Below the pieces are notes generated by a model that worked only from the letters and a program-made list of their open reading frames with translations, made no database searches and was not told the DNA's origin. DNA of 64,000 nucleotides, from NCBI GenBank assembly GCA_965243025.1, contig CBDETY010000003.1, forward strand, positions 1,248,001 through 1,312,000, read 5' to 3'. Source of the stretch: Candidatus Latescibacterota bacterium. Lineage in GTDB: Bacteria; Latescibacterota; UBA2968; UBA8231. Of the stretch, positions 20,506 to 29,165 are shown one piece after another. A program made the translations under genes and the position numbers. Within the stretch, counting starts at the first letter, position 1; every line of letters begins with the position of its first letter.

Positions 20506-21327
20506 ATGCCCCAGACCTTCACGGTCCTGATACCGTACTACAACGAGGAGGCATTCCTCGAGCGGACGCTTGCCTCATGGAGAGCGCAGACACGGCCCCC
20601 GGAAAGGATCGTCGCCGTCGACAATGGCTCGACGGACAGGTCGCAACAGGTCTGCCGCTCCACCCTGGCCGGCTGGGACGTGCCCGAGGTCATTCACCTG
20701 ACGGAAAACAGGCCCGGAAAGATCCACGCGCTGCAGGCAGGGTGCGCCCACCTGGCCGGGACGTTCGTGGTTCTGGCAGACGCCGATACCTGGTACCCGC
20801 CGCATTATCTCGCCTTGTGCGAAAAGCTCGCGGACGACCAATCCGAAAGCGCCGTCTCCCTGATGGCGCTGCCGGCGGCTGACGCGGACACGGTGCCGTC
20901 GCGGCTCCGCAGGAGGGCGGTGGTGATGCTTGCCAGGCTGTTCCGCCGCCAGGGGTTCGTGGGGGGGTACGGCCAGATCCTGAGGAGGGACGTCCTGCAG
21001 CGAGCGGGGGGATTCTCGACGCGCTACTGGAGCTACGTCCTTCTCGATCACGAGATCCTCAACCGCGTGTTTCGGTACGGGTACGCCTTGCATCACGTCG
21101 ACCTGTGGTGCCGGCCTTCCAGGCGGCGGGGAAACCGCAGCAGGGTGCGCTGGAACCTGTTCGAGCGCACCCTCTACCACCTCGTCCCCTACCGCCTTCA
21201 CGACTGGTACTTCTACGATTTCCTCGATTTCCTCGCCCCGAGGCTGGCGGACAGGGGCCTCGATCAGTTGAAGCTGCGCGAGCAGCCCTGGCAACGGCAG
21301 CCGGTCCAGGAGGGGAGGGAGATCTGA
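20506..21327 (+). CDS. Glycosyltransferase family 2
   Basis: VLIPYYNEE, VDNGSTD, GKIHAL, DAD motifs. Confidence 0.92.
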   Translation: MPQTFTVLIPYYNEEAFLERTLASWRAQTRPPERIVAVDNGSTDRSQQVCRSTLAGWDVPEVIHLTENRPGKIHALQAGCAHLAGTFVVLADADTWYPPHYLALCEKLADDQSESAVSLMALPAADADTVPSRLRRRAVVMLARLFRRQGFVGGYGQILRRDVLQRAGGFSTRYWSYVLLDHEILNRVFRYGYALHHVDLWCRPSRRRGNRSRVRWNLFERTLYHLVPYRLHDWYFYDFLDFLAPRLADRGLDQLKLREQPWQRQPVQEGREI

Positions 21328-22106
21328 AAGCGTCCCGTCCCGCGTTGCCGCGGCGGGGCAGGCGGGGACCTGGCGCCCCGGGCCTGTACGGGAAGCTGTT
21401 CTGGGCCGGGGTGGCGGTCTGCATTCCTGCCGACGACGGCGCCAGGGCGGAGCGGGACCGGGGATCTCCACTGCCGATCGTTGTGGCCGACTTCGAGTCG
21501 CAGACACCGGGCGTGCATCCTGTCGGGTGGAAGTACCTGCACGAGCGCCGGCTGGTTCCGTTCGGGCCGAGGTTCAACCGCCCCGACGAACGCTTTCTGG
21601 TCGCCAGGAACGGCGGCGACACCTTTGTCAGCTCCCGCACTTCGGGGGAGGCGATCCGCATCATCCTGCCCAACGGGGATGGATACCGCTGGCGTCTCGA
21701 GACCCACCCACGCCTGCAGTGGAGCTGGAGGGCGCGCGTTCTGCCCCAGGGGGCCCGGGAGGACCGCCGCGAACGCAACGATACCGGCGCCGCCCTGTAT
21801 GTCACGATGTCGCGGGACTGGCTGGGACGCCCGCGGACGATCAAGTACTCCTACAGCTCGACCCTCCCTGTCGGATCGACCGCTTCGTACGGCAACCTGA
21901 AGGTCCTGGTGGTGGCGAGCGCCCGTGACGGAGTGGGGGTCTGGCAGACCGTGGTCCGCGACGTCGTCGAGGACTACCGGTCCCTGTTCGGAGGGAGACC
22001 GCCCCCGGAGCCGGCCGCCATCGCCCTCTGGAACGACTCCGACTCCACGCAGCTGGCCGCGGAAAGCGATTTCGACGACATCCTGCTGCTGCCTTCCGGG
22101 CGCTGA
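21324..22106 (+). CDS. DUF3047-like protein (start uncertain)
   Basis: PRLQWSWR, D.GAALYV, IKYSYSS.LPVG, W..V.RDVVEDYR.LFG, DSDST. Confidence 0.75.
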   Translation: MKASRPALPRRGRRGPGAPGLYGKLFWAGVAVCIPADDGARAERDRGSPLPIVVADFESQTPGVHPVGWKYLHERRLVPFGPRFNRPDERFLVARNGGDTFVSSRTSGEAIRIILPNGDGYRWRLETHPRLQWSWRARVLPQGAREDRRERNDTGAALYVTMSRDWLGRPRTIKYSYSSTLPVGSTASYGNLKVLVVASARDGVGVWQTVVRDVVEDYRSLFGGRPPPEPAAIALWNDSDSTQLAAESDFDDILLLPSGR

Positions 22107-22109
22107 CCC

Positions 22110-23161
22110 GTGCTGACTCCGCTCTTCGGGCGCCTGCGGCCCTTCGTCCGCTGCATCGGGACCCACGGACACGCGGTACTGGCGGGCGCCCTCCTGCTGA
22201 CGCTGGCCTGTACCCCGCTGGCCCTGCGCCTGGAGATCGACGCCGAGCTCTCCAACCTGCTGCCCCCGGATTACCCCACCATCCAGGCGCTCGAGCGCCT
22301 GCGCGAGACCATCGGCGGCGGGGAGGACGTCGCCGTTGCCGTATCGAGCCCGGATTTCGCCGCCAACCGCGCCTTCGCCGAGACCCTGATTGAGGCCGCC
22401 ATGAGGCTGCGCTCACCCGAAGGCGAGCCCTGCTTCAGCCGCTTCGAGTACCGCCGCGACACCGGGTTCCTCGAGCGCAACGCCCTCTACTTCGCGACCG
22501 GCGAAGAGCTCGATGCCCTGGAGGAGTATCTCGACGTGCGGCTGGCGCGGGCGCGGCTCGAATCCAGCCCCCTCTACTTCGACCTGGAGGAGGGTGGAAA
22601 GTCCGGGGAGGACTCCCTGGCGCGGCGCCTGGAGAGTACCTACGGCCGCCTCGTCCCCGGGGAGTACCCGGTTTCGCCGGACAGCACGGTGCTGGCGGTG
22701 AGGTTTCACCCCTCGGTGTCCCAGACCGACTTCGAGCAGATCCGGCAGGTTTACGCCGCCCTCGACTCGCTGGCCGCCGCCCTTGAGCCGGAAACCTTTC
22801 ACCCCGCCATGGAGGTCACCACCGCCGGCCGCCTGCTGCGGCGGCTGCACGAGATCAGGGCGATCTCCAGCGATGTCGGACGTTCGTTCGGGGCCGGGGT
22901 GCTCGCCGTCCTGGTTGCCGTGGTGCTCTACTTCTCCTGCAAGTCGTATGCGCCCTCGCCGGGGAGGTCCCGCGCCGCCAGCCTTGCCGCCATTGTCGGG
23001 CGAATGCCGGTATTGGCGGTCGTAATCGGTCTGCCCTTCCTGATGAGCCTGAGCTGGACCTTTGCGGTTACCTACCTGTGGCTGGGCGGGCTCAACCTGA
23101 TGACTTCGACACTGGCGCTGCTTCTGTTCGGGCTGGGAATCGACTACGGGATACACTTTTA
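22110..23161 (+). pseudogene. MMPL/RND lipid exporter, 5' half (interrupted by IS1595 element)
   Basis: Ends at LLFGLGIDYGIHF exactly at the target duplication. Confidence 0.9.
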
Positions 23162-23185
23162 GGAACTTATACCGGTGGGTTACGG
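23162..23185 (+). repeat. Terminal inverted repeat (left in window)
   Basis: GGAACTTATACCGGTGGGTTACGG. Confidence 0.95.
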
Positions 23186-23269
23186 AAGCTGATTTCTTAG
23201 CTTTCAGCTTCCCGGCGTGAGAGCCGAAAAAAAGGGCCTCAGGGAAACACTTTGAAGGGGAGATGTCCT

Positions 23270-23569
23270 ATGGCCGCTTACCAGACATTTCATCAGGCAT
23301 ATGATGAAGCCATTCTGAGAATCGGATGGAAACAGATACAGAATGGAGCAGCCGCATTTCAGGAGGTGGAATTAGAGATAGAGTCCGTATTAGTTTCAGA
23401 ACTACGATCTCATAAGAAGGCTCGTTTTATCGAGGTCAATAATGCGTTAATGATTCAGCTGACTGATGACGGGAAAAACGCCTTTATTGCATTGGCAATG
23501 GAGCGGAAACAATCAGCTGATCAGTACACAGAAAAGAGCTTGATGGAGGCTCTCTTACTCACCTCCTGA
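23270..23569 (+). CDS. Hypothetical passenger protein
   Basis: AT-richer ORF with GGGGAG upstream. Confidence 0.55.
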   Translation: MAAYQTFHQAYDEAILRIGWKQIQNGAAAFQEVELEIESVLVSELRSHKKARFIEVNNALMIQLTDDGKNAFIALAMERKQSADQYTEKSLMEALLLTS

Positions 23570-23767
23570 TTCTTCCTCACCTTCCGTGCCGCTTCTGTCA
23601 CCTTGTATCCGCTCGATCTCTAACAGCTTCAAGCAGAGATCGATACGTTGATTAAGACAGTTACTCGGATCCGCGATGAACTTTTTCAGATCCATCTTTA
23701 GGCTGAGTACTGCCGCATCTGTGCTGAGTGACGGTTGTTCTTTTTTGCTGGTTTCCACTTGAATCAT
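23555..23767 (-). CDS. Hypothetical passenger protein (70 aa)
   Basis: AAGGAG RBS before ATG. Confidence 0.55.
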   Translation of the reverse strand: MIQVETSKKEQPSLSTDAAVLSLKMDLKKFIADPSNCLNQRIDLCLKLLEIERIQGDRSGTEGEEESGGE

Positions 23768-23781
23768 TCTCCTTGAGCGTG

Positions 23782-23816
23782 AAAAACGTCCCTCCGCGCA
23801 GGAGCAGAGGGGCGTT
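23782..23816 (-). terminator. Terminator-like hairpin
   Basis: Minus strand AACGCCCCTCTGC-loop-GCGGAGGGACGTT followed by TTT. Confidence 0.5.
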
Positions 23817-23843
23817 GGTGTTTTCGATTCGCGTCAGGTTGAC

Positions 23844-24152
23844 CTATTTCAGGCGCCGGTAGAAGCCATCCTGAATCATCTCGATTTTACCCTGACGTGG
23901 AAGTTGTCGAGTCAAAACTTCTGAAAGAGAATTATATGGGTTCTCTGCTCTTGATTTTGTCTTTTTCAAAATCCTGTCAAACCGAACCCTGACCTTGAGA
24001 TCGGCAGCATAGAAAGTGCACCCGCAGGGTACGAAACTCACGATTTCATCCCATACGGCTTGTTTCCATGAGATTCTCTTTTCAGACTGGCTCATCTTGC
24101 TCGGTTCCGCCTCCTTCCCGGTTCCGGTTCGGCGAATCCGCTCACCGGTCAT
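23844..24152 (-). CDS. Hypothetical basic passenger protein, possible winged-helix
   Basis: SWKQAVWDEI...NSLSEVL.RQL..QGKIE....G.YR pattern. Confidence 0.5.
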   Translation of the reverse strand: MTGERIRRTGTGKEAEPSKMSQSEKRISWKQAVWDEIVSFVPCGCTFYAADLKVRVRFDRILKKTKSRAENPYNSLSEVLTRQLPRQGKIEMIQDGFYRRLK

Positions 24153-24193
24153 GACCGGTCAGGGATCGCCAGCAAGCCGGTGGGGTTCCCCCT

Positions 24194-24433
24194 CTATGTA
24201 GATATGGATACGGAAAGGAATGATCCAGATCGGCTTGGATGTATTATCAATAAATTTGCTTCATGCGGTTTTCGATCTATGTGATGATTCCACTCATCGA
24301 TTCCGGACTTGATGGTGGCCGGGGTCAGGAGGCGCCAGCTTTTCTGGTCAGCCACCATCTCGCGGAGGGAATTGCTCTTCCTTGACTTGAAATCTTCCCC
24401 TCCTACCAGAATTTCAGCATAACAAAGGTCCAT
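24194..24433 (-). CDS. Hypothetical passenger protein (79 aa)
   Basis: Part of tightly packed minus-strand ORF run. Confidence 0.4.
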   Translation of the reverse strand: MDLCYAEILVGGEDFKSRKSNSLREMVADQKSWRLLTPATIKSGIDEWNHHIDRKPHEANLLIIHPSRSGSFLSVSIST

Positions 24434-24738
24434 CTAAGCCACTCGGATAGGGATTTTCGTCTAGAAAGACGTGGGTTAGGGGATAGTATGTTAGGTTCCT
24501 CGCATAGCCTACGGATAAGACTCATGTCTTTTGTGATCGTCTCATTGAGGAGGTGTAATGATTCCCTAGGCATACCCGATCCATTATCTTCCGAAGCTAG
24601 GCCAATGGTGTTTCTAAGGTGAGATTGGATGTCCTCAGTTGACATGCCTCTGCTCTTAAAGTCTCTGGCACACATTAGAGCAACGATAATTCTAAGAGAG
24701 TATATGTGTGCCAGTAGCTGATGTTCTTGACATGACAT
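24403..24738 (-). CDS. Hypothetical passenger protein (111 aa)
   Basis: Starts 3 bp after upstream ORF stop; GAGG upstream. Confidence 0.5.
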   Translation of the reverse strand: MSCQEHQLLAHIYSLRIIVALMCARDFKSRGMSTEDIQSHLRNTIGLASEDNGSGMPRESLHLLNETITKDMSLIRRLCEEPNILSPNPRLSRRKSLSEWLRWTFVMLKFW

Positions 24739-24741
24739 ATA

Positions 24742-24996
24742 TCATACCTCTGGTATGTTAAATTCATCCACTATATTCTGTACTGGAATGTCTCTGTTAA
24801 TACACCACTCAACGGCCGATTGCGTTGTGAAAAGAACTTTCCAACTATTCGTCCTATCTTGAGTCAAATAATAGATGTTTCCTCTGGATCGGTACCGAAA
24901 TAGCTTTTCGAGTTTGGTGGAACATGTGTCTATGGGTTCCGCATTCTCGGTGTTAAAAGCCATCTGTCCGTCAATAGTCTCTCCGATTATTTTCAT
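24742..24996 (-). CDS. Hypothetical passenger protein (84 aa)
   Basis: GAGGGAG RBS before ATG. Confidence 0.6.
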   Translation of the reverse strand: MKIIGETIDGQMAFNTENAEPIDTCSTKLEKLFRYRSRGNIYYLTQDRTNSWKVLFTTQSAVEWCINRDIPVQNIVDEFNIPEV

Positions 24997-25005
24997 AATA
25001 CTCCC

Positions 25006-25287
25006 TCAGTCTCGTAGATCCGGGACCACAGCGGCGACTCTCGCCGCTATTCCAGTCTGACGGCCCAGAGCGGATAGCTCGCTCAGGGCCTTCTGGCGTT
25101 TCTGCTCCGCCCGATTGCAAGACATGGCTACCTGATGGATTTCTTCATGGTATGGACGCGAGAGGAGATGGGCGAACTCCGGCTTGCGGTTAGTGTCATG
25201 CACAATCCACGACCGCGCTCTTCCAGTTACCCGGTAGCTAACCTGAATCGCCATCAGCCGGTCCTTTCGATCCTTCTGAGGTGTCAT
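25006..25287 (-). CDS. Hypothetical passenger protein
   Basis: Co-oriented; internal ATG preceded by AAGGA is a possible start. Confidence 0.45.
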   Translation of the reverse strand: MTPQKDRKDRLMAIQVSYRVTGRARSWIVHDTNRKPEFAHLLSRPYHEEIHQVAMSCNRAEQKRQKALSELSALGRQTGIAARVAAVVPDLRD

Positions 25288-25441
25288 CTGGCCGATTGGG
25301 CTTACGCAGCGACGGATCTGGCGGGTTGGCGGTGGCGAAGATGGCCTGAGCCAGCTCCTCCGGGGTGCAGTCGATCTTCAGGCGCCACTCAGGGCGGCCC
25401 TTCTGCTTGGCGCTGTCGTCTGAATCTGCGCGGTCAGTCAT
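25238..25441 (-). CDS. Small hypothetical passenger protein
   Basis: LKIDCTPEELAQAIF core; co-oriented with neighbours. Confidence 0.45.
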   Translation of the reverse strand: MTDRADSDDSAKQKGRPEWRLKIDCTPEELAQAIFATANPPDPSLRKPNRPDDTSEGSKGPADGDSG

Positions 25442-25462
25442 GCTCGGAAATTACCCCCCGGC

Positions 25463-26293
25463 TCATTCTGGGTCAATTACGAAAGCGTCGTAGGAGACGG
25501 GCAGGCTGACCCGCTGGCCTACGGCCTGAAGATGCTCTATTCCATTAGAAGGTTCTTCTGTGAATCCGAGCGGCTCCCACATGGCTGCGGAGTCCCGGAC
25601 CATGATGACGGCCCGCCCGTCAGGGGCCAACATCATGTGGATCTTGTCCACGTCCTTTGCGCTCAGGAGTCCGTCATGGCCGTGCAACACGAGGATCTGG
25701 TCGTACGGCTCCGTGGGATACCAGTGACCGAATGAGCAGTTGTGCAGCCGATCTGCGAATAACGGGTTCCTGCTGGCGCACACGCGGAGCATGTTTTCCG
25801 ACAGGTCGATTCCGCAGTAGTTCTGGGGTCGGATGTCCGGGCAGTTTCTCAGTAACCAGCCGGTGCCGCAGCCTACGTCGAGGATGCGCTGGCCGGTCAG
25901 ATCGCCCAACAGGGCCAGGAGGGGCTCGCCTCCGTGGTCATTAACCATTGCCTGATCGTACTGGTGGGCAACCTCATCATATGGCGTCTCGTAGTGCATC
26001 CGGGCGCGATTCAGGATGGTGGTTTTGGCTGGCGGCCATCCCATCGTCCAGTAGTAGTGCCCGTTCAGCGTCAGGCTGCGGTAGTACTGGCGATTACCGT
26101 ACCTGCGCCGGTAGCCGTAGGTCTGGACCATCTCCACGACTTCCTCGAACTCGTCCTCCGGCCAATTCACCCTGACGGTGTAGAAATGAGGTTTTTCGGG
26201 TATCGTCTTGGCGAATCGGAACGAGGCCGCGCCTACCAGCTCGGCCACCCGGAAAAGGCGCTCATGACTAATGGTGGGATCATTATCGAACAT
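25463..26293 (-). CDS. Class I SAM-dependent methyltransferase fused to an unknown N-terminal domain
   Basis: ILDVGCGTG, GIDLSENML, LAPDG; AAGGA RBS. Confidence 0.8.
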   Translation of the reverse strand: MFDNDPTISHERLFRVAELVGAASFRFAKTIPEKPHFYTVRVNWPEDEFEEVVEMVQTYGYRRRYGNRQYYRSLTLNGHYYWTMGWPPAKTTILNRARMHYETPYDEVAHQYDQAMVNDHGGEPLLALLGDLTGQRILDVGCGTGWLLRNCPDIRPQNYCGIDLSENMLRVCASRNPLFADRLHNCSFGHWYPTEPYDQILVLHGHDGLLSAKDVDKIHMMLAPDGRAVIMVRDSAAMWEPLGFTEEPSNGIEHLQAVGQRVSLPVSYDAFVIDPE

Positions 26294-26318
26294 GGCTGAT
26301 TCCTTGATAGGGGAAGGA

Positions 26319-26900
26319 CTACCCGGCCAGCAGAATGCCCAGATAACTGCCGTATCGGATCAGTCCATCGGGGTCCGTGATGACGATCTTGCCATCGGAA
26401 ATTTCACACGTCGGGGCCGTCTGGAAGGACGAGGCGAACAGCTCGCCCCAGGCACCAAACTCCATCCAGTTGGAGCCGCCTACATCGTCGTACCCGGTTA
26501 CGTCGACAATGTCCTCTGAGACCCTGCTGCGTTCCAGATAGACGCCGAGGATATTGTCTTCCGAGAAGTTTTCGTTCGTGATGGTCCAGGATCGGGCCCC
26601 TCGACTGTTCCCGGAACCCGCGTGAAGTCCTACTTCGATGAAGGCGAACAGATTCCCAAAGGTAGTGGTAGTACTGCCGGTATCGACCGCTACGGTGTCG
26701 TAAACCGTGACGGTGTTTGTGTCTGGATTATCGCCTTGGTAGACGACAGTTTCACCGGTGATATTGATCACCACACAGGCGGTGGTATCGGCGGCTTGTT
26801 CGGCGGTGGTCTTGGGAGAGGTGGCCGGGCCCATCGGGCCCTCGGGGCCCTGACAGGCCGACAGCAGGTAGGCGGCGAGCAGGATGGCTGAATACTGCAT
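26319..26900 (-). CDS. Lipoprotein with short collagen-like start
   Basis: Lipobox LSAC then QGPEGPMGPA; AAGGAG RBS. Confidence 0.7.
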   Translation of the reverse strand: MQYSAILLAAYLLSACQGPEGPMGPATSPKTTAEQAADTTACVVINITGETVVYQGDNPDTNTVTVYDTVAVDTGSTTTTFGNLFAFIEVGLHAGSGNSRGARSWTITNENFSEDNILGVYLERSRVSEDIVDVTGYDDVGGSNWMEFGAWGELFASSFQTAPTCEISDGKIVITDPDGLIRYGSYLGILLAG

Positions 26901-27189
26901 GGTCCCTGTCTCCTTGAGGCGGGTGGGTTGACCCCGGCTCCGCTGTGGGGCCGGGCCTTGTCAAGCCTACACGCCAAGAGACAGCGGGAAGGATCCTGCT
27001 ATTCGCCAGCTGAGAGGTAGCTAGCCCCCCAGCTCGGATGGTACGGCTGTTGTATTCACAGGAGACCCGACATCAGGGACCTCCTGACGCATAGACTTGA
27101 CGGGTGGTAATTTGCAGCCTGAGCGGCTGGCCATCAAGTCAATTCTGCGCTAATTGCTTATTCCAGCTTGTGTTAGGTGGTTGATCTCG

Positions 27190-28356
27190 TCAGATCGCGA
27201 TCCCCCGCTCGCCCCCGGTCAGCTCGTCATATCGAAGACGCTTTCCGGTCATACCTCGGGCGAGAACCACCATCATCTCAATCGTGTCCTTGTCGCGGAT
27301 GTTATGACGGCCGGCGAACTCGTTCAGGTATCGCTGCAGGTGCTTGAATGACATACGGAAGAAAGTACCTCCATAAGCCCGTTTCAGCACCGCCCAGTAT
27401 CCCTCGGCGGAGTTGGTATGCGCCATGCCCCGGACGTATTCCCCGACACCGTGATTCACGGACTCATGGTTGGGGAGCCCCTTGTAGCCGTGGTGCTGAT
27501 CGGTGTACTTCTTGGCATTCGGCTTGACGTTCGCCATCACCTGAGCCTGAAGCGTGATGGCCGTCACGTCAGGCACCGTTACGGCCCGGATTTCATTGGT
27601 TTTCCGATCCACGATTGCGACGACCGCCTGTTTGCCCACCGTGCCGCGCCCTTTCCGTAGCTTCTTGCGAGCGTGCTTGTTGGGCTCCTTGCCGCCGAAG
27701 TAGCTCTCGTCAATTTCCACCGGACCTTCCATCAGCTCGCCGGTGTTTTTCACGAATGCTTCCCGGATGCGGTGCATCAGGAACCAGGCACTCTTGTACG
27801 TGATTCCAAGGTGACGGCGTACCTGTATGGCGCTCACACCTCGCAGATGAGTGGTCACCAGAAACAGGCCGATTGCCCACTTCTGGTACCCCAACTTGGA
27901 GCCCTCCATCACGGTACCCTTTTTCACCGAGAAAAACTGATGACAGTCCCGACACCGATACGGCATTTTCGGGTGCTTCGAAACCGAGGTGCTGACCGAT
28001 CCGCAGGCCGGACAATACCGCTGGTCATTTGGCCACCTCTGCTCCTCGAACCATTTCTCCGCCGCCTTGTCGTCAGGGAACATGCGCATCAGTTCAGGGA
28101 GAGTAATCCCCTTGCGGTAGGCCCGTCCGGGTCCCTTGGAGCTATAGTTTGTCGGAAACTTGCTCATATCGGTATATGCTCGCTCATCGTCGTAATAAAT
28201 ATCAGCCATTATCCGCTTTTTGTCAAGGTCTAAGTCGTTGTTTTCAAAGAGTTTAGGCTTAAGGAGACGGTGAGGGATCGCCCTGGTGGGCTCTGGCGGT
28301 ACACCCGGTGAATTGGGCTTGACAACTCGTTTCTTAGTCCTGAACTTAGTACGCAT
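27190..28356 (-). CDS. IS1595-family transposase (alternative start 28167)
   Basis: Zn ribbon CPACG...YRCRDC, HTH KSAWFLMHRIR, catalytic VEIDESY, YTD, HTNSAE; AAGGAGG before ATG 28356. Confidence 0.95.
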   Translation of the reverse strand: MRTKFRTKKRVVKPNSPGVPPEPTRAIPHRLLKPKLFENNDLDLDKKRIMADIYYDDERAYTDMSKFPTNYSSKGPGRAYRKGITLPELMRMFPDDKAAEKWFEEQRWPNDQRYCPACGSVSTSVSKHPKMPYRCRDCHQFFSVKKGTVMEGSKLGYQKWAIGLFLVTTHLRGVSAIQVRRHLGITYKSAWFLMHRIREAFVKNTGELMEGPVEIDESYFGGKEPNKHARKKLRKGRGTVGKQAVVAIVDRKTNEIRAVTVPDVTAITLQAQVMANVKPNAKKYTDQHHGYKGLPNHESVNHGVGEYVRGMAHTNSAEGYWAVLKRAYGGTFFRMSFKHLQRYLNEFAGRHNIRDKDTIEMMVVLARGMTGKRLRYDELTGGERGIAI

Positions 28357-28589
28357 AACGCCCTCCTTACTGTAGGTGGGTGGAGGTCAGCAAAAAGCTC
28401 ATCCCGCGAATCGAGAGTGGCTTTCTGCTGACTGTGGATGCGAGAAGTAACGGAATCAGCCGATCTGGTCGTCGTCAGCGACCTGATCGGCTTTTTTCGT
28501 GCTTCTCGTCGAAATTCACATACAATATACATATCCCGCTGGGTTTCCGCAGGGGGCGGGATACTTCCACATATGACTGGGTACTGAAA

Positions 28590-29063
28590 ATGGATGCTCT
28601 CAAACCCTTTAGCGATGTCCTCGTTTCGCTACTGCCCGAATCCGATTCAGGCAAAATAATCTGGCTGATTGTTTTCGGTCTTTTCGTCTTGATTGTAACT
28701 GGACGTCTGAAATTGGAATGGATTGGACAAGGGATTCTATGGATCGTACAAGTCGTTATACGGATTGCAAAACACTTTTGGAGCCAAGCACAGAACAGGA
28801 AGGAACGAGAACGGATCAGGCGTCAACAGGCACGGGATAGTAGGGAACAACAACGGATCAAGCGTCAATATTGTTCAATTGGAAGACATTTCTTCCAAGG
28901 GATAGAGGGGATTAGGACTGTGACTTTTACTTGTAGATTCTGTCGGATAGAAAAGAAATTTGGCGAAATCGAATTTGATGAAGATTTTGAGTGGTGTTCC
29001 TATGGCCTTGAGGGGTCCGGGTGGGGTACATTGAAAGACCATGATGCCACCAAGGGTAGCTGA
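28590..29063 (+). CDS. Hypothetical membrane protein with coiled coil and C-terminal C...H...CxxC motif
   Basis: Two hydrophobic helices, R/Q/E-rich helix, CSIGRH...CRFC. Confidence 0.55.
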   Translation: MDALKPFSDVLVSLLPESDSGKIIWLIVFGLFVLIVTGRLKLEWIGQGILWIVQVVIRIAKHFWSQAQNRKERERIRRQQARDSREQQRIKRQYCSIGRHFFQGIEGIRTVTFTCRFCRIEKKFGEIEFDEDFEWCSYGLEGSGWGTLKDHDATKGS

Positions 29064-29141
29064 ATACCTGTGGGCTGTTAATCCGGAAAATCGACCATCT
29101 GAGCAGGGTAACATCAAAGCCAAAAGCTAAGAGTCATTCAC

Positions 29142-29165
29142 CCGTAACCCTCCGGTATAAGTTCC
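29142..29165 (-). repeat. Terminal inverted repeat (right in window)
   Basis: Reverse complement GGAACTTATACCGGAGGGTTACGG. Confidence 0.95.

Larger units (their letters stand above)
23162..29165. mobile_element. 6,004-bp IS1595-family cargo element (ISNwi1-like ends)
   Basis: 24-bp TIRs with one mismatch, 8-bp direct repeat CACTTTTA at 23154-23161 and 29166-29173, internal transposase, visibly lower GC. Confidence 0.95.

Noticed and set aside
21217-21234. 9-bp tandem duplication GATTTCCTC in GT2
   Set aside because: In frame, two copies only, no evident consequence.
26918-26932. GTCAACCCACCC on the minus strand resembling an IS200/IS605 or omega-RNA end
   Set aside because: No tnpA, tnpB or iscB nearby; it is one arm of a local hairpin.
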